Source: an uncultured Rivularia sp.
GTDB lineage: Bacteria; Cyanobacteriota; Cyanobacteriia; Cyanobacteriales; Nostocaceae
Assembly: GCA_963665115.1 (NCBI GenBank)
Contig: OY762007.1
Coordinates: 4,288,001 to 4,352,000 of the forward strand
Reading direction: 5' to 3'
Length of the DNA: 64,000 nucleotides
Made by a program: the position numbers and the translations under genes. The notes under the pieces were generated by a model that was given only the letters and a program-made list of their open reading frames with translations, was not told the DNA's origin and ran no database searches. Shown one piece after another: positions 1 through 10,324 of this stretch. The stretch's first letter is position 1. The number at the start of each line of letters is the position of its first letter.

Positions 1-1
1 A

Positions 2-460
2 AAAACTATTAACTTAAGTATAATTATTTATAACTTAATACAATTATATAAACCTCAAGCACAAGCTAAAAAAATCGATTTAAAAGCAGAAATTAAGAAC
101 CATTTATTATTGCCTGGAGATGCAAAACAACTGAGTCGAGCATTGGGTAATCTTATTCAAAATGCGATTTATTATACTCACAAAGGTGGAACAGTTGAAG
201 TAAAAGCAAATCGTGTAGATTCTTACTATCAGGTAACGGTAGAAGATACAGGTGTAGGTATTGCAACAGAAAATTTACAGCGAATTTTTGAGCGGTTTTG
301 GCGTTCCGATCAAGCTCGTTCTTATGAATCGGGTTGTTCTGGTTTGGGTTTAGCAATTTCTCAAGCAATTATCCAAAATCATTCAGGTTCAATTACTGTT
401 ACCAGTGAGTTAGGGGTAGGTAGTTGTTTTACTGTCACTTTACCCACTTACCTTGAATAA
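2..460 (+). CDS. Sensor histidine kinase, C-terminal HATPase_c domain (5'-truncated by window edge)
   Basis: Frame open from base 2; N box (NLIQNAIYY), G1 (DTGVGI), F (IFERFWR), G2 (GLGLAI). Confidence 0.9.
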   Translation, partial: KTINLSIIIYNLIQLYKPQAQAKKIDLKAEIKNHLLLPGDAKQLSRALGNLIQNAIYYTHKGGTVEVKANRVDSYYQVTVEDTGVGIATENLQRIFERFWRSDQARSYESGCSGLGLAISQAIIQNHSGSITVTSELGVGSCFTVTLPTYLE

Positions 461-577
461 ATTTCACTTAATTTAATATTGTTTGCGATGTTGATTAATT
501 TTAAGAAGATAAAATTATTCATCTGAATAATATCAAACTCTCTTTATTATAAATATTTTCATTCACCATACACAATT

Positions 578-1282
578 ATGAAAAATCATCTCCAAGAATT
601 AAAAAATTTCTGGTTTTCTCGCGTACATCGTCGTATAGCTCCTCTAATTGCTACTATTGAAGTTACTGGTTTAGTTATATGTTTATTAATTATTTACCTT
701 TTAGCAAAGCTCTCAGAAGAAGTTTGGGAAAAAGAAGCCTTTGCTTTTGATAAAACTATTTTGCTGTGGATACATCAGTTTGCGAATCCCACATGGGATA
801 ATATCATGCTTAATATTACAAAAATTGGTAATCCTACGACGGTAGTGACAATTACTATCATCACTTTCGGCATACTTTGGTGGAAACGGTATCGAAAAGA
901 AGCAACAATTTTTGGTATTCACGCCCTCGGAGGTGCAATTCTTAGTTATGGTTTGAAACTGTCTTTCAGCAAACCGCGTCCGCAACTTTGGCAGCAACTA
1001 ATTACAGAAACAAGCTATAGTTATCCTAGCGGTCATGCGTTGGGTTCGATGGTGCTTTATGGTTTTATAGCTTATTTGCTAGCATCCCATTATCCAAAAC
1101 AGAGCAAAATCATTTATACTTTCGCGGTTATATTAATTGGTGCTATCGGTTTAAGTCGGCTGTACTTGGGGGTACATTGGCCAACAGATGTGATTGCTGG
1201 TTATGGAGTTGGTTATCTGTGGTTGATGTTTTCTATTACTATGCTTAAATTACAAAAATCACGATACGTTAGAGGCGTATAA
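578..1282 (+). CDS. PAP2-family membrane phosphatase
   Basis: KxxxxxxRP, PSGH and SRLYLGVHWPTDV motifs; TM helices. Confidence 0.9.
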   Translation: MKNHLQELKNFWFSRVHRRIAPLIATIEVTGLVICLLIIYLLAKLSEEVWEKEAFAFDKTILLWIHQFANPTWDNIMLNITKIGNPTTVVTITIITFGILWWKRYRKEATIFGIHALGGAILSYGLKLSFSKPRPQLWQQLITETSYSYPSGHALGSMVLYGFIAYLLASHYPKQSKIIYTFAVILIGAIGLSRLYLGVHWPTDVIAGYGVGYLWLMFSITMLKLQKSRYVRGV

Positions 1283-1326
1283 TAATTTTATTAATCTATT
1301 AATCGCCCACTGAGTGTGAAAACTGT

Positions 1327-1334
1327 GCGATCGC
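1327..1334. repeat. HIP1 octamer (representative of more than 20 copies)
   Basis: GCGATCGC recurs across the window, typical of cyanobacteria. Confidence 0.85.
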
Positions 1335-1416
1335 ACATTGATTGTGCCGACCTAAAACTATTAGATCGGCTCTCCACTCTTAAGCAACATGGCAAATAAT
1401 TTTCTGTAAATCGCTA

Positions 1417-2184
1417 TCAATGTTGTCTATCAATTGGTTGAGAAGCTGGTTTCTTGTGCTTAAAGCTGAAGTAAATAACCAAACTCAGGATTATACAAAG
1501 AAAAAGTATACTGGTTCCAGTTGTACCTAAACCATAGCCACCATTTTTAGCAGGTTGAGATAGTAAATCACCGATAGATGCTCCCAGGGGACGAGTCAAG
1601 ATGTAAGCTAACCAAAATGCCAATACTCCATTCATTCCGAAGTAATAATAACAGCCCGTTATAATTGCAATTAAAGCACCAAATATTAATGCTGATTGTG
1701 CATAACCAAGTTTCAAAGCTTCTGCTAATAAATCTCCAGTTGCAGTACCTAAAGCAAACGTAAATAAAATAGCCATCCAGTAGAAAAATTCTCTTTCATT
1801 TGTGTTAATGGAGTGCATAGCTAATGTCTTTTCTTTGGAATACCAAAGCCCAAAAACTACCAGCAAGACAACAGTAAAAGCTATAGTTGTTGTGACTAAA
1901 CTAACGCCAAGATTGTCTACCAGACTATCAGTAATCAACGTGCCAGTGATACTCATAAAAACTACTACAATCCAGTAACTTGCTGGAACATACTTTTTAA
2001 GCCTAAACTGATTCAAAAGCGCAATCAGTAATACCCCGCTCATAAGATAAGATGTTAGGGTCAAACCAAGGTTTAGAGTTACTGACAGAAAATCTGCCGC
2101 AGTTTCACCTACCGTTGTTGCTAGAATCTTGATAATCCAGAAATAAATTGTTACTTCTGGAACTCTGCTTAATACTTTTGTCAT
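1417..2184 (-). CDS. COG4705/DUF347-repeat membrane protein
   Basis: FWIIKILATTVGETAAD, LGTATGDL, ILTRPLGASIGD repeats; ATG at 2184 preferred to upstream TTG. Confidence 0.8.
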   Translation of the reverse strand: MTKVLSRVPEVTIYFWIIKILATTVGETAADFLSVTLNLGLTLTSYLMSGVLLIALLNQFRLKKYVPASYWIVVVFMSITGTLITDSLVDNLGVSLVTTTIAFTVVLLVVFGLWYSKEKTLAMHSINTNEREFFYWMAILFTFALGTATGDLLAEALKLGYAQSALIFGALIAIITGCYYYFGMNGVLAFWLAYILTRPLGASIGDLLSQPAKNGGYGLGTTGTSILFLCIILSLVIYFSFKHKKPASQPIDRQH

Positions 2185-2274
2185 GATGTTTTTCCTACTT
2201 GATTTTTTGAAAGTAATATTATGAGGGTTCAAAAACTTCGATCTACATATGACAGTTGAGGAGCGGAATGTGGG

Positions 2275-2658
2275 TTATAGTTTATGAACAAATATTGGAT
2301 CTAGAAGCGTATAATCATTAATATTAGTCCAATATTGAATCGCTACAATCGCAGTACCGAAATTAGCTTCAAGCAAGGCTCTATTGAAATCTGCTTTTTT
2401 CTCCGCTAATTGATTTGCTAAGGTGAAAGGATCGAGTAAATTTTTGAACATTATTTCTTCAGTGCCAAAGTATTGAACCAGTATATGCGGGTCACTACCT
2501 ACTATTAACACCGTATCTAATGGTGTAATCAAACTAAATTCAGAAAAGCTATCAACTTCGAGTTTTACAAAAGCTGGTAAGTTATGTTGAGCGTAATAAG
2601 AAATCATCAGCTCAACCTCTTTGTAGATACGTGATATTAAGATGTCAGAGATTTTCAC
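2275..2658 (-). CDS. Hypothetical protein
   Basis: 127-aa ORF between co-oriented genes; no motif recognised. Confidence 0.45.
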   Translation of the reverse strand: MKISDILISRIYKEVELMISYYAQHNLPAFVKLEVDSFSEFSLITPLDTVLIVGSDPHILVQYFGTEEIMFKNLLDPFTLANQLAEKKADFNRALLEANFGTAIVAIQYWTNINDYTLLDPIFVHKL

Positions 2659-2702
2659 CGTTAGTTAAAACAGAGAGGGATATAAAAGCAAGAATTAAGA
2701 AA

Positions 2703-2743
2703 GGGTTTTGAGAACAAGAAATAAATTACTTACCTCAAAACCC
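2703..2743 (-). terminator. Intrinsic terminator after PepSY gene
   Basis: GGGTTTTGAG...CTCAAAACCC stem followed by T-rich tract on minus strand. Confidence 0.6.
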
Positions 2744-2791
2744 GTTAATTGGTGTGAGTGAGAAAAATTATCTGTGACGAATACTTACAGA

Positions 2792-3364
2792 CTATTGCTT
2801 TTCATTTTCATTATCAGTATCGGGGACTTGAATACTGCTGCGGGGACGATTGGCTTCTGTAGCTTCGTCGTCTTCTTGATTTTCGTCTTCTGTATAGAGA
2901 ACTTTACCGTTACCCGCATCAACAATTACTTCTTTTTTGCCAATCTCCACGTCATACACGAGATTACCATCTTCGTTTTCTAATTCCACCTTTGTGGCTT
3001 TTCCTCCTATCTCTGCTTCTGCTGCTGAAGCAGCTTGTTCGGGAGTAATTTTTGCTAAAGATTGATATTTTGCAGCTTCTTGTTTTTCTTCTGCATCATC
3101 ATTTGTTTCACCATCACCATCGCTTGCTTGAGCTATTTTGATGGTTTTACTATTATTGTTTACTGCTACGGTTTGACCAAGTTGATTATTTTCAGGTGCT
3201 TCAGTAGCATCATTTGCTTCACCATCACCGTCGCTAGTTTGATATTGAGACACACCTGGTAACTGCGACTCGGTTTGTTTTGCAGACACGTTGCGAGTGA
3301 ATCCAGCAAAACCTAAAGTACCTACTAAAGCTGCTGCTAAAGCGATTCTTGTTGTTCTATTCAT
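2792..3364 (-). CDS. Secreted PepSY-domain protein with acidic repeats
   Basis: Signal peptide; two SDGDGE(A/T)ND repeats; AKITPEQA...VELENEDGNLVYDVEI...VDAGNGKVL. Confidence 0.85.
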   Translation of the reverse strand: MNRTTRIALAAALVGTLGFAGFTRNVSAKQTESQLPGVSQYQTSDGDGEANDATEAPENNQLGQTVAVNNNSKTIKIAQASDGDGETNDDAEEKQEAAKYQSLAKITPEQAASAAEAEIGGKATKVELENEDGNLVYDVEIGKKEVIVDAGNGKVLYTEDENQEDDEATEANRPRSSIQVPDTDNENEKQ

Positions 3365-3413
3365 GATGTGATTTCTTGTTCTTGGTTTGTTATTTACACT
3401 GTAGATATAAATA

Positions 3414-3432
3414 GTTAAGAAGTTGAGAAGAA
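3414..3432 (-). promoter_or_regulatory. OmpR-type 11-bp-period direct repeat upstream of PepSY gene
   Basis: Minus strand TTCTTCTCAACTTCTTAAC; similar copy on the divergent promoter. Confidence 0.5.
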
Positions 3433-3578
3433 TTTGATCGAATATATTAGAAGTATTGAAACTAGAAATAAAATTTAACCTTAAAAGCTAGTTTATACAG
3501 CTAATATTTTAATTTCTAAATGTTTGAAGACTGTGTTTGAATAATTACGATAAATATTAAGGTTTTATTCCCTGCTGT

Positions 3579-3605
3579 TTCTTGCCAACTTCTTGACATT
3601 TTCTC
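3579..3605 (+). promoter_or_regulatory. OmpR-type 11-bp-period direct repeat upstream of second COG4705 gene
   Basis: TTCTTGCCAACTTCTTGACATTTTCTC: TTCT at 3579, 3590, 3601. Confidence 0.5.
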
Positions 3606-3663
3606 TCTACTATAAAGCCGAAAGCTCAGATTATATATCGCCCCATAGCAAGCAGGAGCAGAA

Positions 3664-4410
3664 ATGAACAAAGTTGCACAAGTGACAATTTTCTTCTGGA
3701 TTATGAAGATCATCGCCACGACACTCGGTGAGACGGCAGGTGACTTCATCTCAATGTCTCTCGGACTGGGTTATTACGTAGGCTTTGCCGTAACGGTTGC
3801 CATCCTCGCCATTCTCCTGTTTTTTCAAATTCAATCCGATAGATATCGTCCAGCCCTTTATTGGGCGGCTATCATCGCCACGACTACAGCCGGAACTGAA
3901 GTTTCAGACTTGATGGATCGTTCTCTAGGGCTAGGCTACGCAGTGGGTTCGCTGATTTTAGTAGCCTGTCTCCTCAGCGTTCTTGCTATCTGGTATTACC
4001 GCGATCGCGATCTAAGTGTTTATCCGATTGTGAGGAAAGACGCAGAAACTACCTATTGGTTGGCTATCGTGTTTTCCAACAGTTTAGGAACGGCTTTTGG
4101 TGATTTTCTGACAAGCAACTTGGGACTGAGCTATATCCAAGGTGCATTCGTGACAGCCAGCGTCATTGGTGTTGTAATTGCCCTTCACTATGTATCAAAG
4201 CTGAGCGATATCCTGTTATTCTGGCTCGCGTTTATATTTACACGACCTTTCGGAGCCACCTTTGGAGATTTTCTTACTAAACCAATCAAAAATGGCGGTT
4301 TATCGCTGCCGAGAGGCTATGCTTCTGCGATCGCCTTCATCCTGCTGGCAGTTGTATTATTCTTCTCGGTACGAAGGGAGAGAAAAAAAGTGCGTCACTC
4401 AACTGAGTGA
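3664..4410 (+). CDS. COG4705/DUF347-repeat membrane protein (paralog)
   Basis: FWIMKIIATTLGETAGD, LGTAFGDF, FTRPFGATFGD. Confidence 0.8.
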   Translation: MNKVAQVTIFFWIMKIIATTLGETAGDFISMSLGLGYYVGFAVTVAILAILLFFQIQSDRYRPALYWAAIIATTTAGTEVSDLMDRSLGLGYAVGSLILVACLLSVLAIWYYRDRDLSVYPIVRKDAETTYWLAIVFSNSLGTAFGDFLTSNLGLSYIQGAFVTASVIGVVIALHYVSKLSDILLFWLAFIFTRPFGATFGDFLTKPIKNGGLSLPRGYASAIAFILLAVVLFFSVRRERKKVRHSTE

Positions 4411-4600
4411 TACGTTTAAGCAGATAGACGACTCACTCCTTTAAAGGAACACCCTTCATCCTTGGAGGAGCAACAATTTTATTTCTTAGGAACACAGGAG
4501 ATTATTCTATTTGAGTATTCCAAATTTTGGGGAATCGTGGTAGGGAAGTCAAACTGGTAAATGCTCATCATTTGTTCATCCTCAGAAATAAAGAAATTAA

Positions 4601-5573
4601 ATGAAATTATTAAGTCAAAAAAGTGGTTCAAGGAATTGGAAGCAAAAGTTTCATTCCCACACTGGCGAAAGATTAAATTGGTTTCAAATAATTTTACGAC
4701 TTCAAAGTTCAAATTTAGCAAGCATCATTCCTTGGGTAGCATTTTCAACTGGATATAGTTTGATTATTGCCTTACTTGATTATGATGAAAAACATTTATC
4801 ATTGCCAAAAATAAGTGCTGGTGTTCCTAATATTATTTTGAGCTTCAATCTTGTTTTAAGCTTGCTGCTAGTTTTTCGGGTAAATGCAGCTTACGACCGA
4901 TATTGGGAAGGTCGAAAATTGTGGGGAGCTTTAGTTAATTCAGTTCGTAACTTGACTCGTGGGATTGCAGTAATAATTGAGGTTCGCTCAGAACAAGATC
5001 GACTAGAAAAACAAGAAATCTTGAGGCTGATAGTTGCTTTTACCGTAGCTATAAAGTTACATTTGCGTCGTCAACCAGCAGACAAGCAATTAATGGTACT
5101 GATGACTTCATCTCGATATGCAAAACTTCAAAATACTAATCACCTGCCATTAGAAGTTGCTCTTTGGATTGGAGAATACTTGCAGAAGCAGTATCGCCAA
5201 AATCTTATTGATGTATATCAACTAACTACCTTACAAAAACTAGTTGATGACTTGGTAGATATTTTGGGCGGCTGCGAGCGTATTTTAAAAACACCAACAC
5301 CTTTAGCGATTTCAATTTTACTCAAACAATTGTTGGTGCTTTATTTTCTAAGTCTACCTATTGAAATGGTTGATAGTTTAAAGTGGTGGACAGTTCCTGT
5401 AATTGCTGTTATTTCTATAGTTTTGTTTGGAATTGAGGATATCGGCTCTGAATTAGAAAATCCTTTTGGATGCGACCCCGAATAATTTACCTTTGCATCT
5501 AATTTGTGACGCGATATCTACCAACGTTGAAGAGTTAATTCAATCTCAAGAATCATTCCCAATCTCGTCGTGA
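4601..5573 (+). pseudogene. Bestrophin-family (YneE-like) channel, +1 frameshift near 3' end
   Basis: LLLVFRVNAAYDRYWEGRKLWG, CERILKTP, IGSELENPFG; removing one C at 5476-5479 gives DPNNLPLHLIC... to TGA 5571-5573. Confidence 0.8.
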
Positions 5574-5577
5574 GAAA

Positions 5578-5829
5578 TTGTCTGGGAAGTTTCGATTCCA
5601 AGAGCTATATTTTCAAGAACAAGTAGAAATAGATTCTCTATCTACAAGAGAAGAGAAAATAAACCGTCTTGCGGAATTGAATGTCCGAAAGCAAGTTAAA
5701 AACCTCTACCAAACATTAATTTTACGTAAGTGTATGCGAGAAGAGAATGCACCTTTCATTCATGGTTGGGTAATTAATGTTAAAACTGGCTTAATTAAAG
5801 ATATGCAGGTACAAACTTCAGAAGCGTAA
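5578..5829 (+). pseudogene. Beta-carbonic anhydrase C-terminal fragment
   Basis: RLAELNVRKQVKNL...IHGWVINVKTGLIK; Zn-binding N-terminal half absent. Confidence 0.65.
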
Positions 5830-6038
5830 AAATGCGATGAGTAGAAATAAATAATTATTTGTCTTCTGAAATACAAAATCTCTCAAGCATTCCTACTAGT
5901 TCAAGACGCTTAAGAGATTTTTTGCGAGTTAATAAAAAATCGAAAAATATGAACAAATAGTATCAGTTAACGGTAGTTTACCCTGTTATCATCCCAGATA
6001 AAACCAGAAACCTGAAGAGGGGTAAGTCAATATCAACT

Positions 6039-6419
6039 CTAGTAAACCATCGCTTGTTGATTGCGGAGAGCGCGTAGAGCATTAATGCAGTAGGGACAGT
6101 CGCAGGTAAAAAGTGCGATCGCCGCATTGCTTTCTTCTTCGGTAAAATCGAGCATCATTCCTTCAGCCTCGGATGGTTTTGCTGAAATCACTTCTGTGTC
6201 TGCTTCTAGACGACTAGCAACTAGGTTTTTTTGATTTTGCGATCGCGTACAGACAATACTTATACCGCCGTGTGGATGGCTGATACAGGAACGACCATCT
6301 GAAGTCTGAAATGCTCTTTGAGCAGCTTGTGCTGGGGAATTCACAACTCCTAATACGGACATCAAAGATGTAAAAATTATCTGACTAGAAAGCAGCGAAA
6401 GTATAAATTTCCTGTTCAT
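6039..6419 (-). CDS. Secreted hypothetical protein with C-terminal CxCxxC motif
   Basis: Signal peptide ending PAQA; FTEEESNAAIALFTCDCPYCINALR. Confidence 0.7.
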   Translation of the reverse strand: MNRKFILSLLSSQIIFTSLMSVLGVVNSPAQAAQRAFQTSDGRSCISHPHGGISIVCTRSQNQKNLVASRLEADTEVISAKPSEAEGMMLDFTEEESNAAIALFTCDCPYCINALRALRNQQAMVY

Positions 6420-6608
6420 GAAATTAATTTTATTTAGAACATTTACCTGACTGATAATGATATTTAATAACTTGTTAGAAGTCAATATTTTTATGTATCA
6501 AAGTATCTTATAAGTCAAAGCAATACTTAATATTATCAATCTATGTTTATAAAGTAGGATAAGTAAATTTTACTTACCCTCGATAATGATTCTAATTTTC
6601 ACTTTGAT

Positions 6609-7280
6609 TTATTTTTTAACTTGCTCAATTATAGCTTGAGTTTGTTGATAATTTTGGGTATCTCTCTGTTGACGAAAAAGACTTGCGGCTTTTTGTAAAT
6701 CCGCTACAGCGCTACGCTTATTTCCTAAAGCGTATTCTGCCAAACCCCGATTACCATAAGCTTCGGCTAAGTTTGGATTCAGTTTTAATGCTTTATTCAA
6801 GTCCGTAATAGCTTGTTTGTGATTTCCTTGTCTATAATTTGCGAGTCCTAAATTATAGTAAGCATCGACAAACTTTGGATCTATTTTTATCGTCTTCTCA
6901 AAGTCAGCCACAGCTGAGGGGGTATCTCCCAATGTTGCATAGACATTTCCTCGACTGTGATAAGCATCTGCATGGCTAGGATTAAGGCGTATTGCTTGAT
7001 TAAAATCTGTTATCGCTGCTTGATGATTGCCTAATTGGGATTTAGCAAGACCCCTCAGACAGAAACCTTCATAAAATTGAGGATTAGTTTGTACTACGTT
7101 ATCAAAATCTTTTATAGCTTCCTGGAAGTTACCTCGTTCGAGTTGTTGCATCCCCTGCTTAAATTGTTGCTGAAAATTAATTTGTTTTGTGCGCGGTGCT
7201 TGGGCATTGACTACAACAGGTATTCCGCTAAGTATACCTGTTAATCCGACAATGGCGAATCCTATGCGGATATAGTTCAT
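6609..7280 (-). CDS. Secreted TPR-repeat protein
   Basis: Signal peptide; several 34-aa TPR units (AYYNLG, AYGNRG, AIxDF). Confidence 0.9.
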   Translation of the reverse strand: MNYIRIGFAIVGLTGILSGIPVVVNAQAPRTKQINFQQQFKQGMQQLERGNFQEAIKDFDNVVQTNPQFYEGFCLRGLAKSQLGNHQAAITDFNQAIRLNPSHADAYHSRGNVYATLGDTPSAVADFEKTIKIDPKFVDAYYNLGLANYRQGNHKQAITDLNKALKLNPNLAEAYGNRGLAEYALGNKRSAVADLQKAASLFRQQRDTQNYQQTQAIIEQVKK

Positions 7281-7502
7281 GTTACCTGCTCCATTTTCTT
7301 GCTCTATATTCCATTGTAAGGCGGCAATAAAGTAACAGGTATACCAATAAAAAGTAATATTAAATTTAAGTATTTTAACTTAAAAATTCAAATTCAATTA
7401 TTTTTATTTTCTCTAATAGATGAAAAACATTATTTAAAAAATTCTTAATTTATCTTTTTTCAATCAGATTGCTAATAAAAAAATGCTGATTAATTAATAG
7501 CT

Positions 7503-7964
7503 TTATGAAACTTGCCTCCTAACAAACCAAACAATTATCAAAGGTAAAATTATCCATTGAAGTATCGGCGTTAAACCCGTACCTAATACCGGAAGCCTCG
7601 GCATGATATTGGCGTATTCCCATCTGTTGAGAACTCCAGTAGCTAGCACTTCAAAAATAATTGTAATTACAAGACTTACTAAAATAAAAATACTTAACTG
7701 CCACCATTTCGATTGACGAAACCAGTAACGGGATTTAGAAAAAAATGCAACAGTCCAAAATCCTGTTAGTGCAATTAAAACATCACCAAAAGTAGCTAAA
7801 GTACAGTTTCTCGTTCTTTCCCAGCAAGATAAATCGGAAAGTTCAAAAAATGGCATTTGCTGAACTTCCCAAAGAAAATTTAGCAGAAACGCGAAAATAG
7901 CAATATTTAATTCGGGTAAATTTAACCAACCCCGGTTACGGGTAAGATTTTGATGATTTGACAT
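7503..7964 (-). CDS. Membrane protein in multicopper oxidase operon
   Basis: About four TM segments; 4 nt downstream of the MCO stop. Confidence 0.7.
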   Translation of the reverse strand: MSNHQNLTRNRGWLNLPELNIAIFAFLLNFLWEVQQMPFFELSDLSCWERTRNCTLATFGDVLIALTGFWTVAFFSKSRYWFRQSKWWQLSIFILVSLVITIIFEVLATGVLNRWEYANIMPRLPVLGTGLTPILQWIILPLIIVWFVRRQVS

Positions 7965-7968
7965 ACAA

Positions 7969-9462
7969 CTAGTTTACAATTTCTAAATTCCCCATCATCC
8001 CTAAATCTTCATGGTCAAGAATATGACAGTGATAAACTGTTTTACCTGCATAATCGCGGAAAGGAATCCGAATCCGAACGGTTTCCCCTTGAGGCACCAA
8101 AACTGTATCTCTCCAAGCATGATAAGGTTCTGGCTTACCGTTACGGCTAATAACTTGAAAGTGATTAACGTGGAGATGAAAGGGATGATCCATCGTCCCT
8201 GTATTCACAATTTCCCAATCTTCCACTGTATTTAACTTAACTTGCGTATCAATGCGATCGCGCTCGTAAGATTTACCGTTAATCAGAAAAGCCATACCAA
8301 CACTCCTGAGCATACCGTGATTTAATTTAAAGCTACGTACTTGTTGGGGTTCTCTTAAAGCTGGTACTGATAAAAGTTTAGTTGGTAAAGGAATTGTTTC
8401 AACAGCAGAATCGTAGTTAACAGTTGCTAATACTGCTGATGTGTTGTTTTTATCGTTATTACTTCCACCCATCATACCTCTACCGCCCATCATGCCACCA
8501 CCACCCATCATTCCCATTGAACCGCGATTGTAAGGCAAATTGAGCAAGCGATATTGTCCGGGTTCTTTATCTCCTTTTATCAATACTTCTACTCTTTGCC
8601 CTGGAGTTAATAATAAATCGTTCGTTTCTACAGGTTCGGCTAATGCACCTCCATCGGTAGCAATTAGATAAAAAGGATGATTTTCTAAAGAAAGTTTATA
8701 AAAGCGGGAAGGAGAAGCATTGACAATTCGCCAATGTAATAAGCCATTTGCGGGAATTGAAAAACTGGGGTTGGTTTTACCGTTAACTGCAATTAAATCA
8801 CCTTCTCTTCCTGACATCAGCGACATATGAGCCGAAGAATCAATCATTTTTCCTTCACCGTCGAGAGCAAAATCTTGTAATACTAAAAATTCTTCTTTGG
8901 CGGCTTTAATTTCCGGAATTTCATCGAAATCACCCCGCACTACAAATAAACCCGCCAAACCTCCAAACAATTGATCTGCAACTAAACCGTGACGATGGGG
9001 ATGATACCAGAAAGTACCAGCAGGATGATTTTGAGGAATAGTAAATTCGTAATTAAAAGTTTCTCCAGGTTTAATGTTGAGAAAAACATTATCGGCATTT
9101 CCCGTAGGTGGAATATGCAGTCCGTGCTGATGTAAATTTGTTGGATTTGAAAGGTTATTAGTAAAACGAATCCGAACTTTATCCCCTGGATTAGCTTCCA
9201 AACGCGGCGCGGGAACTTGTCCGTTGTAAGCTAATAGATATGCCTGTTTATCTCCCAATTTTACGGGACGATAACTAGCTTCTAAATCGACGGATAACAA
9301 ACCATTACTACTTTTGTGCAATTTGGGTAAATCAACTGCCTCTTTTAGCGAAACTTTTTGTGATGGTTGAGAAGAATTACCTCTCACGCAACTGGTAACA
9401 ATAGCACCACCCGCACCAGCACCAGCTAGAGCAAGAAACTGACGACGATTAATTTTTTTCAT
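7969..9462 (-). CDS. Multicopper oxidase (CueO/SufI-like), Tat-exported, possible lipoprotein
   Basis: NRRQFL Tat motif; HxH, WYHPH, HPFHLH, HCHILDHEDLGMM; Met/Gly loop. Confidence 0.92.
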   Translation of the reverse strand: MKKINRRQFLALAGAGAGGAIVTSCVRGNSSQPSQKVSLKEAVDLPKLHKSSNGLLSVDLEASYRPVKLGDKQAYLLAYNGQVPAPRLEANPGDKVRIRFTNNLSNPTNLHQHGLHIPPTGNADNVFLNIKPGETFNYEFTIPQNHPAGTFWYHPHRHGLVADQLFGGLAGLFVVRGDFDEIPEIKAAKEEFLVLQDFALDGEGKMIDSSAHMSLMSGREGDLIAVNGKTNPSFSIPANGLLHWRIVNASPSRFYKLSLENHPFYLIATDGGALAEPVETNDLLLTPGQRVEVLIKGDKEPGQYRLLNLPYNRGSMGMMGGGGMMGGRGMMGGSNNDKNNTSAVLATVNYDSAVETIPLPTKLLSVPALREPQQVRSFKLNHGMLRSVGMAFLINGKSYERDRIDTQVKLNTVEDWEIVNTGTMDHPFHLHVNHFQVISRNGKPEPYHAWRDTVLVPQGETVRIRIPFRDYAGKTVYHCHILDHEDLGMMGNLEIVN

Positions 9463-9535
9463 ACTTTCTAATTACTCTTGAATTTAACTCCTCATACCAT
9501 TTGATTAAATTCTCAATGCTAATCGTGCGGATATG

Positions 9536-9561
9536 GAGACGTAGCAGTGCTACGTCTCTAC
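9536..9561. repeat. Cyanobacterial REP-like (GTAG-type) palindrome
   Basis: GAGACGTAGCA-G-TGCTACGTCTC-TAC; sister copy at 33033. Confidence 0.7.
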
Positions 9562-9575
9562 AACTCCTAACTTTC

Positions 9576-10133
9576 TTAGTAAGTTTGATATTCTTTGAAA
9601 ATCTTGATTTCGCCATCTTTATTGAAAGATGCGATCGCAAATGGTTGTTTCTTTGCTGCTTCCATTCCTGGAGTACCTAATGGCATTGCGGGTACTGCTA
9701 ATCCTGCTTGCTTTGGTTTAGAAGCGACAAAACGTTTAATATCATCAGCAGGAATATGTCCTTCCATCACATAACCATCAATAACTGAGGTATGACAAGA
9801 TGCTAAGTTTTGAGGTACGTTATATTTCTGCTTGATTGCTTCCATATCATCGGTTTTAATGTCTGTAATTTTAAAACCGTGCTTCTCCATGTGTTTCACC
9901 CATTCACCACAACAGCCACAGTTCGGACTGCGATAAACGGTAACTTCTTTGACTCCGGAATAAGAGGGTTCTGTTTCCTTATCCCATACGCTAGTCATAG
10001 CCATAGCTTGAGAATTGCTACCAACGGTTTGAGTATTATTTCCCATCCCACCAAACCAGAATGTCCCTGCTACTCCTGCAACAGCAACACCCGCGATTAA
10101 AGAAACCAACAATTTAGAATTAGATTTAAACAT
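9576..10133 (-). CDS. DUF411/CopG-like periplasmic metal-binding protein
   Basis: CGCC, SCHT, EGHIP, GLAVPAMPLGTPGME. Confidence 0.88.
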   Translation of the reverse strand: MFKSNSKLLVSLIAGVAVAGVAGTFWFGGMGNNTQTVGSNSQAMAMTSVWDKETEPSYSGVKEVTVYRSPNCGCCGEWVKHMEKHGFKITDIKTDDMEAIKQKYNVPQNLASCHTSVIDGYVMEGHIPADDIKRFVASKPKQAGLAVPAMPLGTPGMEAAKKQPFAIASFNKDGEIKIFKEYQTY

Positions 10134-10181
10134 TAATAAAACCTCACAATAATTTTTTTCTTAAGATTAAAACTTGACTTA

Positions 10182-10213
10182 ATTTTAAACTCTCTAGTTA
10201 GCTAGAGAGTCAA
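10182..10213 (-). promoter_or_regulatory. MerR-type promoter/operator (20-bp spacer)
   Basis: TTGACT-CTCTAGCTAACTAGAGAGTT-TAAAAT with ACTCTCTAG-N4-CTAGAGAGT dyad. Confidence 0.8.
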
Positions 10214-10324
10214 TCTTTACCAATAAAATCAAATAACAGACGTTCCATATTGTTTCTTCGTTTGAAATTCAATTAATCTTTCAAAACTACAAATGGCAGC
10301 AGGTGTTTTTATGCTCCATTTATA

